A DNA stretch of 63,980 nucleotides, the filler included, from a bacterium (lineage in GTDB: Bacteria > UBA9089 > CG2-30-40-21 > SBAY01), in NCBI GenBank assembly GCA_040757115.1. It is 24 parts of 24 records of this genome, joined end to end, with 100 filler letters (N's around TTAATTAATTAA, not from the genome) between each part and the next. Parts side by side here need not be neighbours in the genome. Positions count along the whole stretch, not along the records: positions 49,099 to 50,701 come from JBFLYA010000420.1; positions 50,802 to 52,401 come from JBFLYA010000421.1; positions 52,502 to 54,073 come from JBFLYA010000422.1; positions 54,174 to 55,731 come from JBFLYA010000423.1; positions 55,832 to 57,387 come from JBFLYA010000424.1; positions 57,488 to 59,042 come from JBFLYA010000425.1; positions 59,143 to 60,697 come from JBFLYA010000426.1; positions 60,798 to 62,341 come from JBFLYA010000427.1; 16 more parts are not named here. One strand, 5' to 3'. The notes below the pieces were generated by a model. That model saw only the letters and a list, made by a program, of their open reading frames with translations, ran no database searches and was not told the DNA's origin. Positions 49,455 to 61,392 of this stretch are shown one piece after another (position 1 is the stretch's first letter; each line of letters opens with the position of its first letter). The position numbers and the translations under genes were made by a program.

Positions 49455-50701
49455 CTACCACAAATCTCGATAATTCACATATTGCATTAACAGATATGCA
49501 GGTAGTGCCCCAGGTCCTCCCATACCTCCATAAACACCAACTGTAAGCCATGCTTCTGGAAAGGTGGGATAAAATAGAGTAGGAATTTTACCTGTTAGTC
49601 TACCTACATCTTGATAACATACACCACTTATCCCATATTGTTTCATTTGCAGATATGACTTCCATCCAGAAGGTGTTTTTGTCGGATCTACTGATCTTAC
49701 TGCGACATGGCGAGCAGGTACTGGAATTGGCCATTCTCCCCTTCCAACCAAATCAGATCCATAATACCATTCCTCTCCTCCTATAGATATTTTACCTACC
49801 TTCCCCATATCTTTAAAAATTTTCCCAACAGATCTACCACTTGTTTCGAGACCTTGATTTGAAAGTAACGAGTCCCTATCTGTTTTACTCAATCCTCCTC
49901 GTACCGCCGGTTGCCAATTCATCGTTGTTTCAATTCCTGCTTGAATAAAGGCTGAAGCAAATACAGATTCCCAGAAGTTATCTATTCCTAATTCGTTTCG
50001 CACGAAATCTGTGGACATAATGACTTGAGTAATTCCAGAGGCTATTACCCTATTTGAGGCGAGTGTTTCTGCTACACCAGCACCTACTCCTGCATCCATT
50101 GCTCCTGAGAATGCTATCCCATAGGTCATCAGACTCATCATTCCACCTATAACGAACGATTCAAGGCTGAATTCACCAGTTTCAAAATAGGTTATACCCG
50201 CACTAACAAAACCACCAATCAGGAATGCTGCCCACCAAGCAAACTCACCGTTGGGGTCTACATAAACAAGTGGATTGTTATAACAATAAACATACGGATT
50301 TGAACCAACTATATCTACAGGATCCGGGGTAATGAATCTACCCAGTGCAGGGTCATAGTATCTGGCGCCGAAGTAGAATAAGCCGCTCTCATCCAGTTCC
50401 TTGCCAGTAAATGTTGGTCCACCTACAGGTCCGCCACCACCAAAGGGATAATAGAAATACTGCTCGACTACCTTGCCGTCCTTATCCGTAATCACCCTTG
50501 CTGAACCTAAGTGGTCATTATGGTAGTAATAAATCTTCGGAGCAGAGTTAATTGGTTGTTCCTGTAGCTTCGCCACTAACTGCCCATTACCATAGACATA
50601 CGAAGTTTTACTGGTAATAGTTACCTTCTCTGCCGGTGGTGATTCTAACTTCTGGACTACCCGCACTATTTCGTATGCCTTGCCATTGGCAAGTAATGTC
50701 T
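49455..50701 (-). CDS. RHS repeat-associated core protein, 5'-partial, with variable C-terminus
   Basis: YYHNDHLGS, FTGKELD, YFGARYYDPALGRF and NNPLVYVDPNG motifs. Confidence 0.92.
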
Positions 50702-50965
50702 NNNNNNNNNNNNNNNNNNNNNNNNNNNNNNNNNNNNNNNNNNNNTTAATTAATTAANNNNNNNNNNNNNNNNNNNNNNNNNNNNNNNNNNNNNNNNNNN
50801 NGTGGAAAACAACAAATTTCCATAAATTTCTATTAGTTTCTATTAATTTCAATTTTTTTAATAATATCTCCCTATCTCCTTAATCTCCACATCTCCTTTT
50901 GTTACACCACCTGAACGCTTACAAAAAATCTAAAATCCAAAATTTATACAAGGAGGTAGTAACGA

Positions 50966-51328
50966 GTGGTAGAACAAACTAATTTAGGTAATGTTAAGGT
51001 AAGTAATGAAGTAATTGCGACTATTGCCGCAGTAGCCGCAACACAAGTAGAAGGAGTAGTTGGAATGAGTGAAGGGATTATTAATGGCATTGCGAAAATT
51101 ATCAGCGGCTCTCAATTAACTAAAGGCGTAAAGGTGGAAGTAGGTGATGACGAGGTAAATCTGGATGTTTCGATTATCATTAAATATGGAACTTCTATCC
51201 CGGATATTGCAGGCAAGGTTCAGGAAAATATTAAAAAAGCAGTTGAAAATATGACTGGATTAAAAACAGTTAGAGTAAATCTGTATATTCAGGGTGTTCA
51301 TGTAGAAGAAGCAACTAAAAATAAATAG
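50966..51328 (+). CDS. Asp23/Gls24 family envelope stress protein
   Basis: GNVKVSNEVIATIA and VENMTGL motifs. Confidence 0.9.
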   Translation: MVEQTNLGNVKVSNEVIATIAAVAATQVEGVVGMSEGIINGIAKIISGSQLTKGVKVEVGDDEVNLDVSIIIKYGTSIPDIAGKVQENIKKAVENMTGLKTVRVNLYIQGVHVEEATKNK

Positions 51329-51413
51329 ATATTCACTAAAAATTAGTGATAAAATTAAAAGCAAGTAATTGGTGACTAATTACCAATTAGCTAACACAAG
51401 GAGGTAAAAACTT

Positions 51414-51980
51414 ATGAATTTCTTGAATAAACTGGGGTTAATAGTCAATGTGTTGATTCTGGGGATGATAGGTGTGGAGGCAATATTACTTGGCACAGGA
51501 TGGAGTAATTTTGCCATATTGGAGGAATATCTGAAATTACCTAATGCTAATTTGATTTTTGCAGGCATTGGATGTGGGCTGATAGCTTTAGGGCTACTCA
51601 TTCTCTATGTTGACTGCAAAATTTCTCAACAAGAAAAAGGGATTATTCAAAAAACCCCTTATGGTGAAGTCAAGGTGGCTAAAAAGGCGATTGAGGATTT
51701 TGTCAAAAGAATAAGTAGCGAAGAATCATTTATTAAAACCATAAAACCTAAATTAATCCTTAAGAAGAAATACTCAAAACTTTCATTAGTTGTTAGTGTG
51801 TGGTCGGATATTCCAACTAATGAAGCCACGCTTGCTCTCCAGGCAAGGGTCAAAGAATCATTAGAAAACATCATTGGTCTCTCTAATCTTCGGGATATTA
51901 AAGTTGCAGTTGAAGAAGTAGTTCATCGTGGTGGCAGATTAAGAGGAATTGAATATACTAAAGTAGAGAGTAGGGGATAA
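51414..51980 (+). CDS. amaP: AmaP-like membrane anchor
   Basis: Two TM helices, then GEVKVA..AIE. Lies between asp23 and DUF2273. Confidence 0.65.
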   Translation: MNFLNKLGLIVNVLILGMIGVEAILLGTGWSNFAILEEYLKLPNANLIFAGIGCGLIALGLLILYVDCKISQQEKGIIQKTPYGEVKVAKKAIEDFVKRISSEESFIKTIKPKLILKKKYSKLSLVVSVWSDIPTNEATLALQARVKESLENIIGLSNLRDIKVAVEEVVHRGGRLRGIEYTKVESRG

Positions 51981-51994
51981 AGGAGGTCAATCCA

Positions 51995-52189
51995 ATGAAC
52001 GAAATAAAAGATAAACTAATACAAATAGTATCTGCTTATCCTGGAGCGGTTATTGGGTCAGTAATCGGTTTATTAGCTGGCCTTTTAATTATTACCTTTG
52101 GCTTGCTTAAGGTTATTATTCTTTTGCTGTGTATTTCTCTGGGGATACTTTTAGGTTTTGTTGTGACCCAAACCAGGGAAGGAAAATAG
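51995..52189 (+). CDS. DUF2273 small membrane protein
   Basis: 64 aa, IG..IGL..GLLI.TFG..K pattern, operon context. Confidence 0.75.
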   Translation: MNEIKDKLIQIVSAYPGAVIGSVIGLLAGLLIITFGLLKVIILLLCISLGILLGFVVTQTREGK

Positions 52190-52401
52190 GGTGGTGTCTT
52201 AATCTAGCATAAAGGTTAAAATAGTGTATAGGGTTCTGCAAAATAGGATTTGAGGGAGACAACAAATAAATATCAAATATCAAATATCAAATATTAAATA
52301 TCAAATATAAATATCAAAATGCAAAATTACAAATCAAATTTCAAAAAGGACTTCAAGTATTTGTAACCGTTCACCGCAAGATGCCACAGAGACGCAGAGA
52401 A
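52190..52401. mobile_element. Composite nested MITE (C end, B end, A end); inverted copy of ~18210-18418
   Basis: Same junctions, including the AAATACTT TSD of the inner element. Confidence 0.85.
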
Positions 52402-52635
52402 NNNNNNNNNNNNNNNNNNNNNNNNNNNNNNNNNNNNNNNNNNNNTTAATTAATTAANNNNNNNNNNNNNNNNNNNNNNNNNNNNNNNNNNNNNNNNNNN
52501 NCAAAGAATTACAACTACTTTATTTATAAATGGTTATACTCTTGTTCCTCAATAGTTGAGCATTTTCATTTGACCTAATCTTTAACTCTATATGCTTTAG
52601 TCTGTTCTGTAAATTTAGGAATTATCAGAGCTAGT

Positions 52636-53691
52636 TCTTGGTCTCCGGCGATTACCTCAGATGCAAACGGGATACATATAGTCTGGAGGGATGATCGAGA
52701 TGGATATGGATATGGAGAGATTTATTATAAGCGTAGTCAGGATGGAGGAAATACCTGGGGACCTGATGTCCGATTGACTAATAATCCATCTTGGTCTGAG
52801 AATCCTGCGATTACCTCAGATGCAGACGGGATACATATAGTCTGGTATGATTATCGAGATGGAAATCTTGAGATTTATTACAAGCGTAGTCAGGATGGAG
52901 GAAATACCTGGGGACCGGATGTCCGATTGACTAATAATTCAGCTCCTTCTTATGATCCAGCGATTACCTCAGATGCAAACGGAATACATATAGTCTGGGA
53001 GGATTATCGAGATGGAAATCTTGAGATTTATTACAAGCGTAGTCAGGATGGAGGAAATACCTGGGGACCGGATGTCCGATTGACTAATAATTCAGCTCCT
53101 TCTTATGATCCAGCGATTACCTCAGATGCAAACGGAATACATATAGTCTGGATGGATAAGCGAGATGGAAATTGGGAGATTTATTATAAGCGTAGTCAGG
53201 ATGGAGGAAATACCTGGGGTCCAGATGTCCGGTTGATTAACAATTCAGCGGATTCTGGGTATCCTGCGATTACCTCAGATGCAACCGGGATACATATAGT
53301 CTGGGAGGATAATCGAGATGGAAATATGGAGATTTATTATAAAAGAGGGGTTTTCCCATCCCCATCCTTAGCCATTGACATTATCTTAAACCAGGGCACA
53401 TTTACAACCGGAGAGACGGCAGAGATAGAGGTCAGGGTAGATAATCCTGGTTCTGCGACAACGGTTGATGCAAGGGTCTGTATAAAGTTACCTGCTGATA
53501 ACTATCTCCAGCTGATAAAGATGGATGATGTTACTATTCCTGAAGGCGGGATTGGCCCGTTAAATCTTATGACCTACACCTTTAATGGTAATGAACCAGC
53601 AGGTGAATATGAAGTAACTGGTAGATTACTTCATCCAAACACTGGTGCGTCCTTAACTACCGACATTGAATCTTTCCAGTTCACTCCTTAA
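52636..53691 (+). CDS. BNR/sialidase-like beta-propeller repeat protein, 5'-truncated
   Basis: Five 51-aa repeats (153-nt period) with the Asp-box SQDGGNTW. The first repeat begins abruptly upstream of the called ORF. Confidence 0.75.
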   Translation, partial: SWSPAITSDANGIHIVWRDDRDGYGYGEIYYKRSQDGGNTWGPDVRLTNNPSWSENPAITSDADGIHIVWYDYRDGNLEIYYKRSQDGGNTWGPDVRLTNNSAPSYDPAITSDANGIHIVWEDYRDGNLEIYYKRSQDGGNTWGPDVRLTNNSAPSYDPAITSDANGIHIVWMDKRDGNWEIYYKRSQDGGNTWGPDVRLINNSADSGYPAITSDATGIHIVWEDNRDGNMEIYYKRGVFPSPSLAIDIILNQGTFTTGETAEIEVRVDNPGSATTVDARVCIKLPADNYLQLIKMDDVTIPEGGIGPLNLMTYTFNGNEPAGEYEVTGRLLHPNTGASLTTDIESFQFTP

Positions 53692-54304
53692 AGTGGAAGG
53701 TAGAAGAGAAAGAACCCTCGGCTAAAGCCGGGTAGAAACCTTCTACCGCACTTTAGCGCCGGGCCTTTAGGCTTCAACCTTCTACCCTACTTTAGTGGAG
53801 GGTCGTACTCCACTATCATAATCTGCGCTGAGAATCTCTGATAACCAATCTTTGTAACCGTTCAGGCTATATATCAAAAGTGTAAGAAAGGGGATAAGGA
53901 GATAAAAGTGATATGGAGATAAGATAATAGAAATAGATTGAAATTTATACTCGATGTTCAAGTTTTTTAGTTTTAGGGGCATAAAGTCCTTATTTTTATT
54001 TTAGCTCAAGTGAGACAATATGCTGTTCTCCATTTCAAGAAAGGGGTTGATTCCAAATGTCCCCACTCTCGATNNNNNNNNNNNNNNNNNNNNNNNNNNN
54101 NNNNNNNNNNNNNNNNNTTAATTAATTAANNNNNNNNNNNNNNNNNNNNNNNNNNNNNNNNNNNNNNNNNNNNAATAAATTATCAAAGAGCAGATTATGT
54201 TAACAAGATTTATCTCAAATTTTAGTTTTTTTAAATTTAGTTATATCTTGCTGGGGGATAGTCTGTCTTTTTTTACTTGACATTATACCGCACATCTTTT
54301 AAAA

Positions 54305-55731
54305 TTAATGTATCTGTCTTTGAGATTGACATATAGGACAATAAATAGTTGGAGGTGGAATAGACAAATTTAACTCACCGTCCATAATGCAACCAACACC
54401 GGGAATATGATCACCTACAATATTTACATCATGACCACATTCATGGGCAATCACACAATCAATATGTTGTGGATTTCCTCCATGGAAAAGAATTCTATCT
54501 ACATAAATAATAGCATGATCTAATCCATTAGGAGTACCTAAATAGCATACTCCAAGAATTTGACTTGTGATATCTCCTCCATCTCCTCCATTATCTAACC
54601 AAATTCCACATTGACTATTTCTACCATTAAAATTTATTTTCCGCTTGCTCACTCCTATTCCACTCCATTCATTATTATTTATACTACGGATGGTAAATCC
54701 AAGAGCTCCAATATTTCCTAAACCAACTCCATCCTCATCAAAAATAAATAAATCTTTTTCATTTGGATTAATTCTTGTATGTGCTCCACTTATCATAAAA
54801 CCTCTATACTCTTCATACCGAATTAATCCATCACCAAGGTTAGCTCCTGCAGGCACATTATCATCATCATCCGTAGCATTACCCTCATTGTATGGCCATG
54901 CATCTGCGATGTAGTTATTATCATCATCTTTTGGTATATTAACCTCTCTTTGTGGGGTATTTCCTTCTACATGGGCTATGGCTACCTTATTTTCTACTTT
55001 CGCCTTTGCCTTTATCTTTCCATATCCACCATAATCAAATGATGAAACTATTATAGTCTGTGAATTTACATCAGATATTGTCTTTGCACTCATGTTTCTA
55101 TTATAAATACTTAAGTTTGATTGTGGTGGCATGAACTTTAAATCTTTATCTGTGCCTTTACCTCCATTTAAACAATATCCTGGCTCTTTGGAGATGCCAA
55201 ATAAATCAAATTCAATCTCCCCTACCACATCATCAGGTAATATCCTACAAGTAATATCAGTAAAGTTATCCTTTTCGGGTAACCATCCAGAATTACATTC
55301 ACTTATAATCGCATCAAATACTGTTACATATATCTCGTCAAAATCTCCCCCATGAGAGCATTCAATAGAAGCTTCTATAAAGACTCTTCCTGGACCAGGG
55401 GGATAAATAAAATAAGTTGGTCCATGTCCTTCTGGGAATTCATGCTCCCCACCTTCTGCTAAATATTCTATTGCACTCCACACTATATTCTCATTTATCT
55501 CACCACATTCATCACAATACGCCTCAGCGGTACATTTTATCTCCTCTCCTACTACATAATAACTATCATTAGCTGGTGTAGTAATCATTACATTTGGTCT
55601 TGGATATTCGGTCGTCATCCCACCCTGTAACACACCACAAATTACATACAATCCATATCCGTAATATGGATCTAATATTATCCAGCCCATACCATACCAA
55701 TCATTATACATAAAGGCACGCTTTGGAATGG
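54305..55731 (-). CDS. Large extracellular-type protein, 3' part, with a zinc-metalloprotease motif
   Basis: AHECGHDVNIVGDH near the C-terminus, Asp-rich DDDNN and GDGL..YEEYRG segments. Open to the gap. Confidence 0.65.
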
Positions 55732-55831
55732 NNNNNNNNNNNNNNNNNNNNNNNNNNNNNNNNNNNNNNNNNNNNTTAATTAATTAANNNNNNNNNNNNN
55801 NNNNNNNNNNNNNNNNNNNNNNNNNNNNNNN

Positions 55832-57387
55832 AAAAACCCGGGGGTTATTGCCGATTGTACTGGTGACAACGCAGGGGACAGCGTTGGTCCCACCGCAGAT
55901 GGTTTTGAGACTTATGGTGTAACCGGTGTGGCTTTGATTGCCTTTTTAGCCCTGGCATTGTTCACTAATCAAGAAATGGGCGGTAAATTAATCGTCTGGA
56001 TTTTTGCCATGCGTATCTTGATGATACTTACCTCACTTGGTTCTTATTTTGCTAATGCAGGTATCAGTTCTGTCCTTTTTAAGAAGAAAAAAGAGTTCGA
56101 TTTCGAACATCCTTTGACAAACTTAGTCTGGATAACCTCAACGCTCTCCATTCTGGTAACCTTTGGGGCAAGTTACCTTCTACTTGGCGATTTGACTGGT
56201 AAATACAGCATGCTCTGGTGGGCATTATCCATTATCATCAGCTGTGGAACCATCGCTGGTGCGTTGATTCCTGAATTTACCAAGATATTCACCAGCGTAA
56301 AATCCAGACACTGTGAAGAAGTGGTGAACTCCTCGCGACAGGGAGGACCATCCCTGAATATTCTTTCCGGATTTGTGGCAGGAAATTTCTCGGCATTCTG
56401 GGAAGGTCTAACTATCCTGGTGTTGATGTTAATTGCTTATTTTGCATCAAAGAACCCAGCTATTGTGGCCGTGATGCCCCCGGAATTTGTCTTTGCCGCT
56501 CCTGTATTTGCCTTTGGTCTGGTAGCCTTTGGTTTCTTAGGCATGGGACCAGTCACCATTGCCGTGGATAGTTTTGGTCCTGTATCGGATAATGCTCAAT
56601 CAATCTATGAACTTTCAATGGTTGAATCTATCCCTGATGTGGCAAAAGAAATTAAGAATGATTTTGGGTTCGAACCGGATTTTGAACATTCCAAACACTA
56701 TCTTGAATCGGCTGATGGGGCAGGAAATACCTTTAAAGCCACAGCTAAACCAGTGCTTATTGGCACAGCTGTTGTTGGTGCAACCACTATGGTTTTTGGT
56801 ATCATTATTTTGATGGAGAGGCTTTTTGGAAATGTTATTGCCAACCTGAGCTTAGTTCAACCGGAAATCATCCTTGGCCTTCTTATGGGTGGTTGTGTGA
56901 TTTACTGGTTCACTGGCTCCTCAACCCAGGCTGTAGTAACCGGTGCCTACCGTGCCGTTGTCTATATTAAAGACACTATTAATCTGGAACAAAAAGAGGC
57001 TTCAATCAAGGATAGTAAAGAGGTTGTTAAGATATGTACCATTTATGCCCAAAAAGGTATGATTAACATCTTCATCGTCATCTTCTTTATGGCACTGGCA
57101 CTTTCTTTCTTCAACCCTTACTTCTTTATCGGCTATTTGATTGGTATTGCCTTTTTTGGGCTGTTCCAGGCAATCTTTATGGCTAATGCGGGTGGTTGTT
57201 GGGATAATGCCAAAAAGATTGTCGAAGTCGGTCTAAAAGAAAAAAATACACCACTTCATGAGGCAACCGTTGTCGGTGATACTGTGGGTGACCCGTTTAA
57301 AGATACCTCCTCGGTTTCAATGAACCCGGTGATTAAATTTACAACCTTATTTGGCCTCTTAGCCACAGAAATTGCCGTAACAATGAC
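55832..57387 (+). CDS. hppA: Membrane Na+/H+-translocating pyrophosphatase, internal fragment
   Basis: IADCTGDNAGD, DSFGPVSDNA, GNTFKA, GGCWDNAKK and GDTVGDPFKD motifs. Confidence 0.95.
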
Positions 57388-57487
57388 NNNNNNNNNNNNN
57401 NNNNNNNNNNNNNNNNNNNNNNNNNNNNNNNTTAATTAATTAANNNNNNNNNNNNNNNNNNNNNNNNNNNNNNNNNNNNNNNNNNNN

Positions 57488-59042
57488 CTGTAGTTTGGCA
57501 AATTTCCCATTTCTCTAATGAGAAATAGGGTGGTCTGATTCATCAGACACGCTTGCTAATAAATGCTGAGACATATTATAAAGGAACCTATAAAAAATTG
57601 ACGTGAAAGCCTTTTTGGAGTAAAATATTATTGCGAAATAATATTACCCAAAGGAGGACTTTCACGTGTTAAAGATTATAGCACCTTCAAAAGCATTAGT
57701 CAAATTTTTTTTCATGTTGAATTTAAGTATGAGCAAACCCCAGAGGGAACATGCTCTCAACACAATGGAAACACTAATTATGTGTGAATCAAGGAAAACC
57801 ATATCAAACCTTAATAGGACGATTTGCGACAGTACTGACCAGTCAGCGATGTCAGATTTCTTTACTTACAGTCCCTGGGAAAATGATACCGTCAGACGGC
57901 AAACAATAAAGTCACTTATCCGATGGTCTGTAGAACAAAACCAGCTCCAGATGTTTCAACCAACTGTAATAATATCAATAGACGATTCTCTTGCAAGGAA
58001 ACCAAAAGAGAGTAAGCATTTTGACACTGTTGACTGGCATCATGACGCACACGGGCAGAAACAACTTGCTCATGGATTATCATTTATGACATGCCACATA
58101 CAAATAGGCGACGTTTCAATTCCAATAAATTACAGGATATATCTCAAAGCAGAAACTATAAGGAAACTGAACAGGAAGTATAGAAACAAGCAAAAAATCA
58201 AATTCGCTACCAAGATAGAATTAGCCAAAGAAATGCTTGAAGAAATAGCAGAGCATTTACCTCAAGAATTCAAGATATACGTTCTTTTTGATTCATGGTA
58301 TGCAGCAAAGAAACTAATAAAGTATTGCAGGGCAAACGGATGGCACGTAATATGTGCCCTTAAGTCTAACCGTAAGTTTAACGGTAAAAAGTTAGCCAGG
58401 ATTGCCCGCCACATCAGGCACAGGAGATTCACTAAGACAATAGTGAACTCTGCAGATTCAGTATCTATTTACTGGGTCTACGAAAAGATAGGCCGAATCA
58501 ACGGTCTTGATGAAGAAGTAAAAGTCTTCATCTCAAAACGGCACCGCTCCGATAAATTCGGAGAGTTCTTCCTGTGTACAGACACAGAGATGTCTGCCAG
58601 GCAAGCACTGTCTTTCTATACGAAACGCTGGGCAATTGAGGTAGATTACTTATACCTTAAGACACGGTTAGGGCTTGAAGACTTCCGCCTGCGGTCCTAT
58701 AAGGGTATTGTCAAGTTCATGCAGCTGGTGTTTCTTACTCTTCAGTATCTGCACTGGCGTATTCATGAAGAACACAGTCCACCTGTAAAAAAATTGACTG
58801 ATGTTATTGCTCTTCACCGAACCCAACAGTGGCAGAATACTCTGTTTAGCTTCGCTCATCAGGTATTAAAACACAGGAGTATTAAAATACCTGTAGATAA
58901 TTTCCTAGCGAAAGCTGCTTGACTTAACTATTCATAGGAATTGTTCAGGTTTCTTGTGCATCCCTGTTTTACAGGGTTATTCCATTTTTGTCAATGAACA
59001 ATATGTTTCAACATTTATTAGCAAAAATTTGCCAAACTACAG
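57488..59042 (+). mobile_element. Complete insertion sequence (IS701-like)
   Basis: Perfect 18-bp TIRs CTGTAGTTTGGCAAATTT / AAATTTGCCAAACTACAG. The contig is exactly the IS. Confidence 0.92.
57666..58922 (+). CDS. IS701-like DDE transposase
   Basis: SIDDS, FDSWY, LKSNR and RWAIEV...LK..LGL motifs. Confidence 0.9.
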   Translation: MLKIIAPSKALVKFFFMLNLSMSKPQREHALNTMETLIMCESRKTISNLNRTICDSTDQSAMSDFFTYSPWENDTVRRQTIKSLIRWSVEQNQLQMFQPTVIISIDDSLARKPKESKHFDTVDWHHDAHGQKQLAHGLSFMTCHIQIGDVSIPINYRIYLKAETIRKLNRKYRNKQKIKFATKIELAKEMLEEIAEHLPQEFKIYVLFDSWYAAKKLIKYCRANGWHVICALKSNRKFNGKKLARIARHIRHRRFTKTIVNSADSVSIYWVYEKIGRINGLDEEVKVFISKRHRSDKFGEFFLCTDTEMSARQALSFYTKRWAIEVDYLYLKTRLGLEDFRLRSYKGIVKFMQLVFLTLQYLHWRIHEEHSPPVKKLTDVIALHRTQQWQNTLFSFAHQVLKHRSIKIPVDNFLAKAA

Positions 59043-59437
59043 NNNNNNNNNNNNNNNNNNNNNNNNNNNNNNNNNNNNNNNNNNNNTTAATTAATTAANN
59101 NNNNNNNNNNNNNNNNNNNNNNNNNNNNNNNNNNNNNNNNNNAATTTACAAGTATTTTTGCATTTTGCATTGTAATTTTGATATTTGCATTTTGATATTT
59201 ACATTAAAGTTCTTCTTGCTATCGCTCTCCCCAAAAGAGGAACCTATTTATGAAAAAGCAATTAGGTTCACCTTCTGGCTTGCCAGAAGCGAGGCTAAAA
59301 CCTCGCACTACAAATCTTTTTGTTGTTCAGAGAGATTCGGATTCATCTCGTTAGATAGTAAAACATCTAACAGGATTCATTCGTGATTATATATTCCCTC
59401 TGTGTTCTCTGTGGCTCTGTGGCTATATCCTGAACGG

Positions 59438-59749
59438 TTACGACGAAACGAGGGTGGCACCTGTTGAAACAATGGCTGAAACAGTTGGCACCGCCGTATT
59501 AGCTACAGTAATAACTTCATCTCCAGAACCTATATCTAATGATTTGAGGGCAAGAAAAAGACCATCTGTTTTACTATTGACACCAATTCCAAATTCAACA
59601 CCACAGTATCTGGCAAATTCTGTTTCAAACCTTTTAACATTCTCTCCAAGGATTAAAGAACCAGATTCTAATACCCTTTGAATTGCAAAATAAATTTCTT
59701 TTTTCTCATTTTCATACTCTTTAAGATAATTCCATACTTTAATTGACAT
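59438..59749 (-). pseudogene. DegT/DnrJ aminotransferase 5' part, interrupted by a family A MITE
   Basis: ILGENVKRFE, GDEVITVANT and SAIVSTGA motifs. The stop codon is supplied by the TIR GTAACC at 59441. Confidence 0.8.
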
Positions 59750-60574
59750 TTTTACTCTCCAACTCTTAATATACCATACATATAAAATTATTGCAAGAGA
59801 TTTTTAAGATGGGCAACAATTTTTATTGTAATTATTCACCGCAGAGGCACAGAGGACGCAGAAAAGATGAGTATAAATGAATGTAACTGTTCACCGCACA
59901 GACATAGAGACGCAGAGTGTCTCTGCGGTAAATTACCACTTGAACGGTTACACTGTGATTCAGACAGTAGACTATAGATATCAGACCTCAGACTAAAGCG
60001 GGCAGAAATTGCAGAAGGATGTTGGAAGAGTTGGAAGTGTTAAAAGTGTTGAAGAAGTTGGAAGTGTTGAAAACATTTCCTTAACTGATACTGACACTGA
60101 CACAGTCACTGTCACTGACATAGGTAAGGCTTAGGAAAAATTCAGGGAGTGAAGTTTTGAGGATGGTTTCCCAAATGTCTCTAATTTCCTGCATAAATAG
60201 AGTCTATAGTCTTGTGTCTGATGTCCAGTGTCTGAATCACAGAACGGTTACAGATAATTATTGACATTTGTTTAACACTATGGTATATATATCTCAAAAC
60301 CCTATATCACCTAACTATCGAGTCCCTATTAAAAAATCTGTAACTATTCAGCCACTGATTAACACGGATTAGCACGGATAAATACAGAGGGCAGAAGGCA
60401 GAAGACAACAGGAGGAAAAATCTTCAGCCTAATTACGGACACGGATTACGAATTTTCAGTGTTTCATCCGTGTCCATCTGTGGCTGAATAGTTACGATTT
60501 GGTTTATAATTCTTCGTGTCCTTCGTGGTTTTAAAAGATGTGAGGAAGGTTAATCTAACCGCACAGGTGGAAAA

Positions 60575-60697
60575 ATGTTACATGCTAATTTTGTCCATTT
60601 ACATGTTCATTCTGAATACAGCCTGTTAGATGGAGCGATAAAAATAAAGGAGCTGGTTCAAAAGGCACACGAATATAAAATGCCAGCAGTGGCTGTT
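60575..60697 (+). CDS. dnaE: DNA polymerase III alpha subunit, 5' fragment
   Basis: Manual translation [21 protein letters not shown]...MPAVAV (PHP domain). Not in the ORF track. Confidence 0.88.
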
Positions 60698-60797
60698 NNN
60701 NNNNNNNNNNNNNNNNNNNNNNNNNNNNNNNNNNNNNNNNNTTAATTAATTAANNNNNNNNNNNNNNNNNNNNNNNNNNNNNNNNNNNNNNNNNNNN

Positions 60798-61390
60798 AGA
60801 TTGGAGATAGAATGGATGAAGGAACTGAGCTTGGCAACTTAGGTATTGCCTATCGTTCTTTAGGTCAATATCAGAAGGCGATTGAATATTTTGAAGAGGC
60901 ACTGAAGATAGCTAAGGAGATTGGGGATAGGCAGGGTGAAGGAAGTCGTCTTGGCAACTTAGGTAATGCCTATTACTCCTTATGTCAATACCAGCAAGCT
61001 ATCGATTATTATGAACAGGCACTGAAGATAGCTAAAGAGATTGGGGATAGACAAGGTAAGGAAGACTGGATTGGTAACATGGGTAATGTCTTCCTTTCCT
61101 TAAAGGAATACCAAAAGGCAATAAACTGCTATGAAGAGGCAAGAAAGATTGCTGAGGAACTCGGGGATATCTTAGGGATTGGAATTACTACCGGTCAACT
61201 TGGCAGAGTTTGTGAAGATAAGGGAGAATATCAATCCGCAATCAGTAGCTATCTTAAAGCATCCCTACTGTTTAAGGAACTTGAGTCACCATATCTTGAG
61301 AATATACTTAACCACCTTAACAGATTAAAGGAGTTTTTAGGCGAGGAGAAATTTAAACAGTATATTATGAAAATTCAAGAGGAGGTATAA
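60798..61390 (+). CDS. TPR protein (40-aa repeats), 5'-partial
   Basis: LGNLG.AY..LGQYQKAI.Y.E.AL.IA.EIGDR repeats. Confidence 0.88.
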
Positions 61391-61392
61391 GG

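Noticed and set aside
52636-53343. Diversity-generating retroelement TR/VR pair (also considered for the Kelch repeats)
   Set aside because: No reverse transcriptase is in the window. Repeats are in-frame protein repeats and I could not see adenine-specific substitution.
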